Assembly (NCBI GenBank): GCA_963727775.1 | Contig: CAVSHB010000001.1 | Location: 960,001-1,024,000, forward strand | Direction: 5' to 3' | Origin: an uncultured Nitrospiraceae bacterium | GTDB lineage: Bacteria; Nitrospirota; Thermodesulfovibrionia; Thermodesulfovibrionales; SM23-35 | Length of the DNA stretch: 64,000 nucleotides | Shown here: positions 52,325-62,130 of the stretch, one piece after another | Numbering within the stretch: the first letter of the stretch is position 1 | Layout of the letters: every line of letters starts with the position of its first letter | Translations under genes and position numbers: made by a program | The notes under the pieces: generated by a model | What the model was told of the DNA's origin: nothing | The model's input: the letters and a program-made list of their open reading frames with translations, nothing else | The model's database searches: none

Positions 52325-52927
52325 CTACGTCTTCTGCTTACTTCTGCGAGAGGCTTTCATCTTTTCACTGCCCTTATCCGCGTTCGCCTTCGCCTTAGAA
52401 GAGTATAGGAGGGTACGCATTAGTCCTGTTCTGTTATCAACACCTGTTTTTATATAAATGTTGCTCAGATGGTCCTTTACGGTTTGCTCAGATATCTCAA
52501 GATCCTCAGCAATTTCAATTTTTTTACGGCCGTCAAGAACTCTTCTAAGAATATCGTTTTCTCGCCTCGACAGCCTGAACTGTTGTCGGACTTCGTCCAT
52601 GTTCAGCTTATTGGAAATGGTTTCTTCAATAATGACAAGATAGATAATTGGATCCGGTTTATCGTAAGTATAGATCCTGAATATCCAATGGCTCGGGGAA
52701 CCTCTGAATTTCTTTGTGAAACATATTTCTCCGGGGAATAGTTCGTTTAATCTCCCGCTGTCGATGGCATCGAATATCCTGTTTTTGATAATTGTTATTT
52801 CAGCGGGAAGATCGAACCGGCCAAGAAAGCTGGTTGCCTTTTTGTTCGTGTAAAAAATGCTCTTTCGATTGAAGATTATCAGACCTATGGGGAGTTTTTT
52901 CAGAATAAACTCTATCTCTTCGTTCAT
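52325..52927 (-). CDS. LuxR-family HTH regulator with PAS-like N-terminus
   Basis: LSRRENDIL..EIAEDLEISEQTVKDHLSNIY. Confidence 0.88.
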   Translation of the reverse strand: MNEEIEFILKKLPIGLIIFNRKSIFYTNKKATSFLGRFDLPAEITIIKNRIFDAIDSGRLNELFPGEICFTKKFRGSPSHWIFRIYTYDKPDPIIYLVIIEETISNKLNMDEVRQQFRLSRRENDILRRVLDGRKKIEIAEDLEISEQTVKDHLSNIYIKTGVDNRTGLMRTLLYSSKAKANADKGSEKMKASRRSKQKT

Positions 52928-53192
52928 TCTCTTCCTCTCTTTTTTATGTTAACTATATCATTTTCAGGAATGAAAGAAAATGTCTTTTTACGTGAAATAT
53001 GTTCAACCATATTGTGGATTTCTATGTGAACGCATGCGCGGCAAGAAGAGACTGCCAATGCAACAAGGAAGAAATAGAAAAACAAGACACATTTTCTCAG
53101 GTTGTTTATTTTCTCCTGAACTATGGCCTCTGAACTTGAAAATCACTTGCAATGGTGTAAGCTTTTAATAAATACAAGAAAGGAGCAAGGCC

Positions 53193-53576
53193 ATGCAAAA
53201 ACCAACTGGGAAAGCCGACCTGAAGAGTTTCAATAGCCCGGATGAGGTCAGGGTATTTACCAAAGGGAAACTGGAACTGGTAAAGATAGGAGGAGCAACT
53301 ATAGGACGTGCGACCTTGGAGCCTGGATGGAGGTGGTCTACTTCCGTTCAACCGCTGGTGAAAACAAAAAGTTGCGAGGCCCCGCACTTTCAATACCATG
53401 TATCAGGGACACTTAAGGTCGTCATGGATGACGGGATGGCGTTCGAGTGTAAAGCAGGTGATGTGTCCTTATTGCCTGTCGGGCATGACGCCTGGGTAAT
53501 CGGCAATGAACCCGTTGTCATCGTAGATTTTCAGGGCATGATAGATTATGCAAAGGAGTCCCCTATCCAAAAATAA
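53193..53576 (+). CDS. Cupin-domain protein
   Basis: EPGWRWS..CEAPH..GHDAWV. Confidence 0.85.
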   Translation: MQKPTGKADLKSFNSPDEVRVFTKGKLELVKIGGATIGRATLEPGWRWSTSVQPLVKTKSCEAPHFQYHVSGTLKVVMDDGMAFECKAGDVSLLPVGHDAWVIGNEPVVIVDFQGMIDYAKESPIQK

Positions 53577-53753
53577 AAAGGGTTATGGGGTTCAATTAAG
53601 ATGCCTTATCCGTGCCGCATGATCGGCTTTTATGCAACGTTAAGGATTATCTCTGTTATCCATTACCAGTTGTACTCAAGACAATTATGTCATGCATGAA
53701 AGGCGTGTGATACGGGAAACGTTTATGCTGCGATATTTACTTCATGCCAATAT

Positions 53754-53996
53754 TTACTTTTTAAGCTTCTTGGATAAATAGACACGGAGGGGATATTTAC
53801 AAAGATGCATAAGGCCAAACGCAAAAGAAAATTGACAGGATAGTGGGTTTTTTTCAAGACATTCAAGGAATGATTCTACCCCAATGTCTTTTGCTCTGCA
53901 AAGCTTTTTAAGTCCTGATGCGTAGCATATAAAATCTTTTGGGCATTTCAGTCCGGCAATGATTTTTTCTATTTCGCGTTTACTTTTTATTTCCAT
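53754..53996 (-). CDS. Small Cys-rich hypothetical protein
   Basis: Six Cys in 80 aa; C-terminus resembles that of 58466..58696. Confidence 0.65.
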   Translation of the reverse strand: MEIKSKREIEKIIAGLKCPKDFICYASGLKKLCRAKDIGVESFLECLEKNPLSCQFSFAFGLMHLCKYPLRVYLSKKLKK

Positions 53997-54103
53997 ATGG
54001 ATTCTTCTTTGTTACCGAATCAGTTGCCCCCGCAGCCATAACTGAAGCTCTTACCGCACTAATAACATATAAACGGGACGATTTCACACTTGACGGGTAA
54101 CTT

Positions 54104-55039
54104 TTAGTCCTTGAAAAGTTCGGTGCTCAGGTAGCGCTCGCCTGTGCTGGGTAAAATCACGACAATCTGCTTCCCTCTGTTTTCGGTCCGCCGGGCTATT
54201 TCGATGGCCGCCCAGACTGCCGCACCCGAGGAGATGCCGCATAAAATTCCTTCCAGTTTGGCCACTGCTCTTGCGGTCTCAAAGGCTTGATCGTTCGTAA
54301 CAGTAATTATTTCATCAATGATTCCAACGTTCATAGCCTTTGGAATGAACCCGGCGCCTATCCCCTGGATCTTGTGAGGTCCCGGTTTGCCGCCGGACAA
54401 CACAGGTGAATCTGCGGGTTCCACCGCTACGGCCTTAAAGGACGGTTTACGACTTTTGATTACTTCCGATATCCCTGTAATAGTCCCGCCGGTCCCTACA
54501 CCGGCTACCAGGATATCTACATTTCCATCTGTATCCCGCCAGATCTCTTCCGCAGTTGTCCGGCGATGGATTTCGGCATTCGCCGGATTGCTGAATTGAT
54601 CCGGTATATAACTGTTCGGCGTTTGTGAGAGGATCTCCCGTGCCTTGTTTATAGCCCCTTTCATCCCTTCACTGCCGGGTGTGAGAATGAGTTCAGCCCC
54701 AAGGTGTTTGAGAAGCTTCCTTCTTTCCATGCTCATAGTTTCGGGCATGGTCAGTACAATACGGTATTTATTGACAGCACATGCGAAAGCAAGCGCTACG
54801 CCGGTATTACCGCTTGTGGGTTCTATGATTACAGTATCCTTATTAATAAGGCCCTGTGCTTCTGCCGCCCTGATCATTGCAAGACCGATCCTGTCTTTTA
54901 CGCTACCCAGCGGGTTTTTCAATTCCAGCTTGGCGAGAACAGTCGCGTGCAAGCCTTTTGTAAGCCAGTTAAGCTTTACTAAAGGCGTGCTTCCTATAGT
55001 GTGAGTAATATCAGAAAATATTTTGCCCATTTTCTCCAC
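54104..55039 (-). CDS. cysK: Cysteine synthase A
   Basis: [35 protein letters not shown]. Confidence 0.96.
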   Translation of the reverse strand: MEKMGKIFSDITHTIGSTPLVKLNWLTKGLHATVLAKLELKNPLGSVKDRIGLAMIRAAEAQGLINKDTVIIEPTSGNTGVALAFACAVNKYRIVLTMPETMSMERRKLLKHLGAELILTPGSEGMKGAINKAREILSQTPNSYIPDQFSNPANAEIHRRTTAEEIWRDTDGNVDILVAGVGTGGTITGISEVIKSRKPSFKAVAVEPADSPVLSGGKPGPHKIQGIGAGFIPKAMNVGIIDEIITVTNDQAFETARAVAKLEGILCGISSGAAVWAAIEIARRTENRGKQIVVILPSTGERYLSTELFKD

Positions 55040-55065
55040 AAATCAAATACATTTCAAGAACATAT

Positions 55066-56049
55066 TCAGACGATTTCAGGACCACCGGTTTCTTTGTAAA
55101 TAAGTTCAGGTTTTTTGATCAATACCCTGGTGTCGGGCGGAACAGACTCTGTAATCCAGACGTTCCCACCTATTACCGAACGGGCGCCGATTATTGTCTC
55201 TCCTCCCAGGATCGTTACCCCGGCATAGACGATCACATCGTCTTCGATGGTCGGATGGCGCTTTTTATTCCTGAGCAGTTCACCTGCGTCTTTAGGCAAA
55301 GACAGCGCCCCCAGTGTCACTCCCTGGTAAAGTCTTACGCGGTTTCCGATTTCAGTTGTTTCCCCTATAACGACGCCGGTGCCGTGATCGATGAAAAAAC
55401 TTTTGCCGATCCGCGCACCGGGATGGATATCTATCCCGGTCATGCTGTGGGCATATTCGGTCATGATGCGGGGGATCAATGATATGCCCGTCTCATAAAG
55501 GAAGTGCGCCATTCTGTAAACGGTTATTGCAAAAAGGCCGGGATAGCTGAATATTATTTCATCATAACTTTTGGCGGCAGGGTCTCCATCGTAGGCCGCG
55601 CGGACGTCCGTGCCGAGGACCGTCCTTAACGGTGGAAACTCACCTAAAAAATTTATGGCGATTTCCTGGCCGAGTTCTTCGCAATTTTTACAGGTCAGTT
55701 TACGGCGGAGACATTCATGGCGCAATGCGAGGGTTATCTGCTCGGACATGGAATTAAAAAGCACTGTGATTTCCTGCCCCAGGTAATAATTAAGATTCAC
55801 GGAATCAATGCGCGCACGGGTGAAGTAGCCCGGATAGAGTACCCGCAATGCGGTATGGATTATGTCGATAATGGATTCCCTGGATGGGATCGGTTCCGCA
55901 TCAACGTGATCAAAGCAATCTTCCTTGCGACAGGACCCGACAAGATGGTCTACGATATCAGGGATATTCTTGCGATGCTGTCTGACGGTTTCAGTGTCGA
56001 TCTTGCAGAGCTCCCTAAATTTATCCAATTCGTCCATTTCATCCCTCAT
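55066..56049 (-). CDS. cysE: Serine O-acetyltransferase
   Basis: GDPAA, TGIDIHPGA, FIDHGTGVVIGET, KRHPT. Confidence 0.93.
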   Translation of the reverse strand: MRDEMDELDKFRELCKIDTETVRQHRKNIPDIVDHLVGSCRKEDCFDHVDAEPIPSRESIIDIIHTALRVLYPGYFTRARIDSVNLNYYLGQEITVLFNSMSEQITLALRHECLRRKLTCKNCEELGQEIAINFLGEFPPLRTVLGTDVRAAYDGDPAAKSYDEIIFSYPGLFAITVYRMAHFLYETGISLIPRIMTEYAHSMTGIDIHPGARIGKSFFIDHGTGVVIGETTEIGNRVRLYQGVTLGALSLPKDAGELLRNKKRHPTIEDDVIVYAGVTILGGETIIGARSVIGGNVWITESVPPDTRVLIKKPELIYKETGGPEIV

Positions 56050-56169
56050 CCTTTCAGGGACGCGACTTTCTCTAATAAAACAAACAATCCCTTGTTTTTT
56101 ATTTTATCGCATCTACATCTAAGGTACAATAGTAAGATCTGAAATATTTTGATTGGGATAGAGTCCGCT

Positions 56170-57774
56170 ATGAATAAATATCTCGTTATTGTAATTATCG
56201 CCGCTGTTGTTGTGTCCTTTTTCGGGCTCGAGTCAGTGACGCTCTTTGATGTGGATGAAGCTGTTTTTGCCGAGGCAACAAAAGAAATGGTTGAAAGCGA
56301 CAACTGGCTGACACCCACATACAATGGAGAAAACCGCTATGACAAACCCATTTTATTTTATTGGGCAATGGCGGTTTCCTATGAGCTTTTCGAAATCAAT
56401 GAATTTGCCGCAAGACTTCCCTCTGCGATTTCAGGCATCTTGCTATCTTTGGCTATGTTTTTTTTTGTAAGGCAATTCTACGATGAGAAAAAGGCTTGTT
56501 ATGCTTCAATTTCATTCATTCTTTCTGCCTATTTCCTTATTTATTCTCATGCAGCGGTTACCGATATGTTGCTGACACTTTTTATAACGTTGTCTCTGTT
56601 TTCGTTTTATCTCTCGCTGAAGAAGGACAGGACCTATATTTGGGGTCTCTATATATTTTCAGCCCTGGCTTTTCTGACAAAGGGACTGATAGGAATAATT
56701 TTTCCTTTCGGTATCGTGTCTGTTTATTTATTTGTTACAGAAGGGTTTAAGGGGCTTAAACATGGATTCAGCTTAAGTGGGATTGTTCTTTTTTCCATTA
56801 TTTCTTTGCCGTGGTATGTTGCGCAATTTATGGTAAACGGCCAGGAATTTATACTGCAATTTTTTATAAAACACCAATTCATGAGATATATGGGAGTTAT
56901 ATCCGGGCATACAGGGCCTTTGTATTATTATATGCCTGTGTTAATTTTGGGGCTTTTCCCCTGGATTTTCTTTTTGCCGGCCGGGATTATGAATATATTA
57001 AAAAATTTCAGGTCCCCGATGCATTACAAAGATGTCGGCACTTTTAGCGACAATCTCGGTTTATTTGCATGTATATGGTTTGCTTTTATATTAATATTCT
57101 TTTCGTTATCAACAACCAAACTCCCAAATTATATCCTTCCCGCTATACCTTCTCTGTCAATCCTTATTTCAGGGGGCATGTTTGCGAATGAAGGGTTTTT
57201 TGTAAACAAACAAATACAGCGTATGATCGCCGGCTGGAAAAGATATGCAAACATCCTGATCGCCTGCTCCGCAGGAACGGCCGGCGCTGCAATTTTGATC
57301 TCTGAAGATTATCTGTCAAAATCGGGCTTTTCTGATTCCAGCCTGCTCTACGGTTTGGTAGTTGCCATGTTTGCATTAGCTTTGCTGAATATCTACGCGC
57401 TGTTTTCCAAAAAAAGGCTCTACGAATATACGGCAATATGTATTGCGGCATTTCTTTTTTTATTTTCAATAAAGGCGATTCCTCTTGCGAATCAGTATCT
57501 TCAGGGCACACTCCACAAGTACAGTTTGTATGCAAAGAACAGATTGGGCGGCGACGAGAGGATAGTTGCCTACAAAATAAATAACCCCAGCATCCTTTTT
57601 TATTCCTGCCATAAAATTATAGACATTGCCTATAAGGAAGATTTATCACCGCTTACAGGCAAGGGCGGGGAAATATTGGCTATAATAAAAACAGAAGACA
57701 TTAATGATTTAAAAGAATGCGGATTCAATTTGTTGGAAAAGGACGAGAAATATGCGTTACTTGAAAGAAAATAA
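56170..57774 (+). CDS. ArnT/GT-C family integral membrane glycosyltransferase
   Basis: DEAVFAE, DKPILFYW, LTKG, TKLPNYILP; many TM helices. Confidence 0.88.
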   Translation: MNKYLVIVIIAAVVVSFFGLESVTLFDVDEAVFAEATKEMVESDNWLTPTYNGENRYDKPILFYWAMAVSYELFEINEFAARLPSAISGILLSLAMFFFVRQFYDEKKACYASISFILSAYFLIYSHAAVTDMLLTLFITLSLFSFYLSLKKDRTYIWGLYIFSALAFLTKGLIGIIFPFGIVSVYLFVTEGFKGLKHGFSLSGIVLFSIISLPWYVAQFMVNGQEFILQFFIKHQFMRYMGVISGHTGPLYYYMPVLILGLFPWIFFLPAGIMNILKNFRSPMHYKDVGTFSDNLGLFACIWFAFILIFFSLSTTKLPNYILPAIPSLSILISGGMFANEGFFVNKQIQRMIAGWKRYANILIACSAGTAGAAILISEDYLSKSGFSDSSLLYGLVVAMFALALLNIYALFSKKRLYEYTAICIAAFLFLFSIKAIPLANQYLQGTLHKYSLYAKNRLGGDERIVAYKINNPSILFYSCHKIIDIAYKEDLSPLTGKGGEILAIIKTEDINDLKECGFNLLEKDEKYALLERK

Positions 57775-58396
57775 AAAAATGGTCTGCCTGGCGGTCATAC
57801 TGCCGGTATTTCTTTTTTACCTTGATAAGATGATAATTGTATGGTTGAAATATTTTCACTCAAAACCCGGCGAAATTAATATTGTACTCACATCTATCGA
57901 CCCCTGTGTGAATTTTATTGCACATGGCGCAACGCTTATCACAGGTGCATTTTTACTTTATATATTCGGCAAAATATATTCCAGAAAAGTACAGATTGCA
58001 GGCGGTTCTTTATTGATGGGGCTTCTATCTACCGGCATTATAGTCCAGGTCATGAAGCATTTTATAGGAAGGGCGCGGCCGAGACTGACTGATAATCTTA
58101 TTTTTATAGGACCGTCATTCAAAGACGGCTATGATTCTTTCCCTTCGGGACATACCGCCCTGATGTTCTGCTTAGCGCATATCCTTTCCCGCTATTTTCC
58201 CAGGTATCGTCTTATGTTCTATCTGTCCGCATTGATTGTCGCGTTTGAAAGGGTGGAGGATTTAGCCCATTTCCCTTCCGATATCCTGGCGGGAGCGCTT
58301 ATCGGCACTTTGATAGCAAAATTGTTATTAGTGAAAATAGTTTGTATTGCAGATTCACCTTCTCCCGGAAATCCCAAAGAACTTATAGATAGTTGA
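57752..58396 (+). CDS. PAP2-family membrane phosphatase
   Basis: K..IGRARP, SFPSGH, RV...AHFPSD. Confidence 0.9.
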   Translation: MRYLKENKKMVCLAVILPVFLFYLDKMIIVWLKYFHSKPGEINIVLTSIDPCVNFIAHGATLITGAFLLYIFGKIYSRKVQIAGGSLLMGLLSTGIIVQVMKHFIGRARPRLTDNLIFIGPSFKDGYDSFPSGHTALMFCLAHILSRYFPRYRLMFYLSALIVAFERVEDLAHFPSDILAGALIGTLIAKLLLVKIVCIADSPSPGNPKELIDS

Positions 58397-58465
58397 TTAT
58401 TTTTTATAAATAATGTATAAAATAACCAGTAGTTGTTTTATTAGTGTCCACAGTGAGGGGCCCCG

Positions 58466-58696
58466 ATGTCTTATCAAATTAGTGATGGGACTAAAAAGCA
58501 GACACTCCGGTGCACACATTGCTTCCAGTGTTTAGATGACTGCTGCAATGTGTGCCCGATTTCAAAGAGCCTTGAAAGCACCCTCATTATTAAAGGTTCG
58601 AAGCATCTTTTCTGTTCTTACTTCCTCTCATATGGGAACATACTCTTCTGCCTCTGCCCCACAAGACACGAACTGTACGACCGATACGGCATATAA
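58466..58696 (+). CDS. Small Cys-rich hypothetical protein
   Basis: Cys-rich 76-aa protein ending C..FLSYG...FCLCPTR; GAGG SD. Confidence 0.65.
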   Translation: MSYQISDGTKKQTLRCTHCFQCLDDCCNVCPISKSLESTLIIKGSKHLFCSYFLSYGNILFCLCPTRHELYDRYGI

Positions 58697-58890
58697 CCTA
58701 TAAACTTTACTGTAGTTTATTGAGGTGGACAGGAAAGCTGACCGATCAAAGTTTGATGATGCTCCATAATAAGTAGATTTATGCCGGACATTTGAAAGCA
58801 AAATCATAATAGGATAGAATAATGGGACAAGTTCGATTTCAGCATAGAGTTATAGTGGTTCTTTTATAAGTACTTTAATAATCGAGGAGG

Positions 58891-59244
58891 GTGGAAATGA
58901 GGAAAATTGTAATCCTGCTTATATCATGTTTTTTTCTTTTAAACACAAATGCTGCGTTGGCTGATGATTTTGACGAGGGGTTGGTGACCGTAGGAGACCT
59001 TGCTATTTCGCGGCCTTTGGGGATTGTTGCTACTGTAATCGGCGGTGCGGTATTTATTACGTCCTTACCGTTCTCTTTGCCCAGTGGAAGTGTAAAGAAT
59101 ACCGCGGATACACTTATAGGCGAGCCGTTCCGGTTTACTTTTAAAAGACCCCTTGGGGATTATAGACATTATAGTTCCGATAGCGGATCATCCGATAAAA
59201 AACAGAAACGCCAGAGTAATTCAGAAAACTCTTCCGGAAAGTAA
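58891..59244 (+). CDS. Exported/membrane hypothetical protein
   Basis: Signal peptide; DLAISRPLG..SLPFS..PFRFTFKRPLG pattern; GAGGAG SD. Confidence 0.75.
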   Translation: MEMRKIVILLISCFFLLNTNAALADDFDEGLVTVGDLAISRPLGIVATVIGGAVFITSLPFSLPSGSVKNTADTLIGEPFRFTFKRPLGDYRHYSSDSGSSDKKQKRQSNSENSSGK

Positions 59245-59257
59245 AAGCTGCGTATAT

Positions 59258-59285
59258 AAAAAGGGCGAGATATTTATCTCGCCCC
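59258..59285. terminator. Hairpin terminator between convergent genes
   Basis: GGGCGAGAT/ATCTCGCCC stem with A5 on the left (T5 on the minus strand). Confidence 0.7.
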
Positions 59286-59333
59286 ATGTTTTGCCGCCCT
59301 GATAATTCAGGCGTTTCAATGCCTGTCAGAAGA

Positions 59334-60614
59334 TCAAAACTTCCATGCATAACCTATAGAAAATTCCCATTGGTTCATAGTGAGTTTGATCGTCTGCTGG
59401 CCGGGAATATCAAGCGGATTAGGTCCTGTAACACTATGGCTGAATGCGCGCACTATTGCCAGTTTCAGTTCACTGTTGCCGAAAGCCTTGGTGACGCCCA
59501 CAGTAGCATGCTGCTTGACGACACCCGGCGCAAGGATGTTAAAAAGCACCTCACTATTGGGGACCGGCTGATCTCCGGTTGAATAACCGGCCCGCCATGT
59601 CCAATCCTTGCTGCTCTTCCACTGTACTCCCAATTTGAGGACAGTAACATCATCCCAGCCGAAGCCAGCCCCATTGTCTTTCCCGAGAGCACTCGTTTGA
59701 ATATTCGGCAGCAATGGATTATTTATAGATTTAACATCACTGTAATAAATCTCCTGCACATCTACCAGGAACGTCAGGTCCGGAGTGGCTTTAATTGCCA
59801 CTCCAATGGTCCATGTCGGAGGGATGTCAAACCCGCCTTGCTCGGCAAACAGGCCTGCATACTTGTCAAGTCTGTTCATAAGGATTTTCGTCTGGTACGA
59901 TGCTCCTATGTTCAAGAAAGGAAGGACCTCTCCAAAATAGCCTATTCTAGCGCCGTACCCGACTGACCCATTGTGCTCTCTGTTTGTCAGATTATTGGGA
60001 TCGCTTGAAAATGCTGAAAACGCCTCAAGTCCTGTTGCGGCAAAGCGTTGGTATGCAAAAATCGGGGAAATACCGATCGAGTGGTTAGGCGCAAGTTTTC
60101 TGGTGTAAGTGGGTGTGATAAACAACTGCGTTAGGTCTACACCGGTCGGCGTGGACCCGTAAAAGGTATTAGTATGATAATCGGTATTCATGCCGCCGTT
60201 TCCGAAGATTGATATGCCCAAAGTGTCTTTGTCGCTCAATTGCCAGTTGACCCCGATAGAAGGAATAAAAAACCACTGCCTATGGCTTTTCTCTTCCCCG
60301 GGAGTCAACCCAAAAGTGCCGGGTAGTCCTGACGGGCTTCCCTCTACCGAATATTTTCTGTTGGGGTTAAAAAAAGACAGTGCGACATCGAGACGGTTAC
60401 CGACGAATGCCATTTCAGCAGGGTTAATGGATGCGTCAAGAGACCCCTGAGGCAGAGCCACGCCTGCGCCACCCAGACTTTGGCTTTCAATGCTAAAGCC
60501 ATTGGAAAAATAACCGTTTGTAGCATAGGCATTACCGGCGGCAAACCCTGATAGAATCAACAGAGATAACAAAAATAATAAATGCTTTAAAAGAATACAT
60601 TTTCTCCTTTTCAT
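59334..60614 (-). CDS. FadL/OmpP1-family outer-membrane transporter
   Basis: Signal peptide, TNGYF..GGAGVA..NPA hatch motif, GNGGMNT, C-terminal Phe. Confidence 0.88.
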   Translation of the reverse strand: MKRRKCILLKHLLFLLSLLILSGFAAGNAYATNGYFSNGFSIESQSLGGAGVALPQGSLDASINPAEMAFVGNRLDVALSFFNPNRKYSVEGSPSGLPGTFGLTPGEEKSHRQWFFIPSIGVNWQLSDKDTLGISIFGNGGMNTDYHTNTFYGSTPTGVDLTQLFITPTYTRKLAPNHSIGISPIFAYQRFAATGLEAFSAFSSDPNNLTNREHNGSVGYGARIGYFGEVLPFLNIGASYQTKILMNRLDKYAGLFAEQGGFDIPPTWTIGVAIKATPDLTFLVDVQEIYYSDVKSINNPLLPNIQTSALGKDNGAGFGWDDVTVLKLGVQWKSSKDWTWRAGYSTGDQPVPNSEVLFNILAPGVVKQHATVGVTKAFGNSELKLAIVRAFSHSVTGPNPLDIPGQQTIKLTMNQWEFSIGYAWKF

Positions 60615-60637
60615 CGCATTCCCTCCTTTTCTTAAAA

Positions 60638-61090
60638 CTATGTGAACAAGCAGATGTTACAATCTTTGGCGTACTTCAGGAATTCCTCTGCAGCCTGTAT
60701 TTGGACCCCCTCGATGAAATCATCCTGAGTAAAGCCCATCATGTCTATCGTCATTTTGCAGGCTATGAATTTTACCCCCTCACACTGCGCCATTTCCTGA
60801 AGATCGCCCAGACATGGTACGTGGGCTTTTTTGATTTTCGACTTCATCATCCATGTGGCAATAGCCGACATACCGGGAATAGCTCCCATAAATCCGGGAG
60901 GTTGAAATTTTGCTTTTTCAGCCCAGCCTTTACGGATTACGTTAATGCCCATAAAGGTATAAAAAACGCTTGTTTCCATGCCTAACCGTACTGAGTTGAT
61001 GCCTAAAACCAGACCGGGATACGCGCCGTCAAGAGTATCCCTTGACGTAATGAACGCTGCTGATTCTTTTTTATTTTCCGCTCTGTTCAT
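60638..61090 (-). CDS. DsrE/DsrF-like sulfur-relay family protein (DsrE2-like)
   Basis: VFYTFMG, FIACKMTIDMMG motifs. Confidence 0.8.
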   Translation of the reverse strand: MNRAENKKESAAFITSRDTLDGAYPGLVLGINSVRLGMETSVFYTFMGINVIRKGWAEKAKFQPPGFMGAIPGMSAIATWMMKSKIKKAHVPCLGDLQEMAQCEGVKFIACKMTIDMMGFTQDDFIEGVQIQAAEEFLKYAKDCNICLFT

Positions 61091-61373
61091 TTACCTCTCC
61101 TTTCTTGATTGATTAGATACTTTTAAATCTAAGCGTAGCAGATATATAAAAATTGTCAACGTTTCACGTTTCCCTATGCGCAATTTGGTAGCATAATTAG
61201 AGACATAATATTCAGAGGTGAAAAGATGAGCATATTGCAATAAGTATTCAGTTGATAGCATTGATTATAATTATCCCGGTCAACGGAGATCAAATAAGGG
61301 ATGTCCAATTGATTTAATATATAGATGTAACTATTTCTTTTCGTATTTTGTAGTATAATTTTAAAATAAGGCA

Positions 61374-62066
61374 ATGAGACATTCCCTGAAATTACTGCAT
61401 ATGTTCTCCTTCATAGTAAGCTTGTTATTATATCAAGCAGTTTTCCCACTGCCCAAGTTATCTGCTGCAAGTAACAACACGATGACTTTCCCACAAGGAA
61501 ATGAAACGTACCCTCAAGAAGAAAAGATTCATCTTAGATGGAAAAATCTCGGAGAGGGAGTTACCTATCAATTTCAAATGGCCAAGGACAGGGATTTTCA
61601 AAAAATAATAATTGAAAAGATATGCGAAAAATCCGAAATTACCTTCCCTCAGCCGGATGTATCAGGACTGTACTATGTACGTACAAGACCTACATATCCG
61701 GATGGCAGAATAGGTAAATTTTCCTCGGTACAGAGCTATGAGATAAGCTTAAAACTTCAGCCTCCAATCATAACCTTTCCCAAGGAGATTTCAGAATTCA
61801 GAGGGATACATGATATTACTTTCTCATGGCAGTCTGTCCCGGGTGCGGCAGGCTATCATTTTATGCTTGCGAGAGACAGGGCCTTCAAACGCATAATCCG
61901 CGAAATTGCCAAAGCAGACGGTAATTCCCTATTTATTACGCATCTCGATTATGGGATTTACTATCTCAAAGTCAACTCGGTTGCAAATGACGGGACAGAA
62001 GGTCCATTTTCAGACACGGTATCCTTTGTTATTACACTCCCTCCCCCTGAGGGAGATTATTATTAG
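61374..62066 (+). CDS. Exported protein with two Fn3-like domains
   Basis: Repeated W...Y.F..A.D..F..II..G.YY pattern, also seen in the C-terminus of the next gene. Confidence 0.7.
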   Translation: MRHSLKLLHMFSFIVSLLLYQAVFPLPKLSAASNNTMTFPQGNETYPQEEKIHLRWKNLGEGVTYQFQMAKDRDFQKIIIEKICEKSEITFPQPDVSGLYYVRTRPTYPDGRIGKFSSVQSYEISLKLQPPIITFPKEISEFRGIHDITFSWQSVPGAAGYHFMLARDRAFKRIIREIAKADGNSLFITHLDYGIYYLKVNSVANDGTEGPFSDTVSFVITLPPPEGDYY

Positions 62067-62130
62067 CTTAGCTTTTATTTTGCGCATTTTTGTACTGAAA
62101 AAGAATCCATAAAGAAAGAGGAAGATAGAA

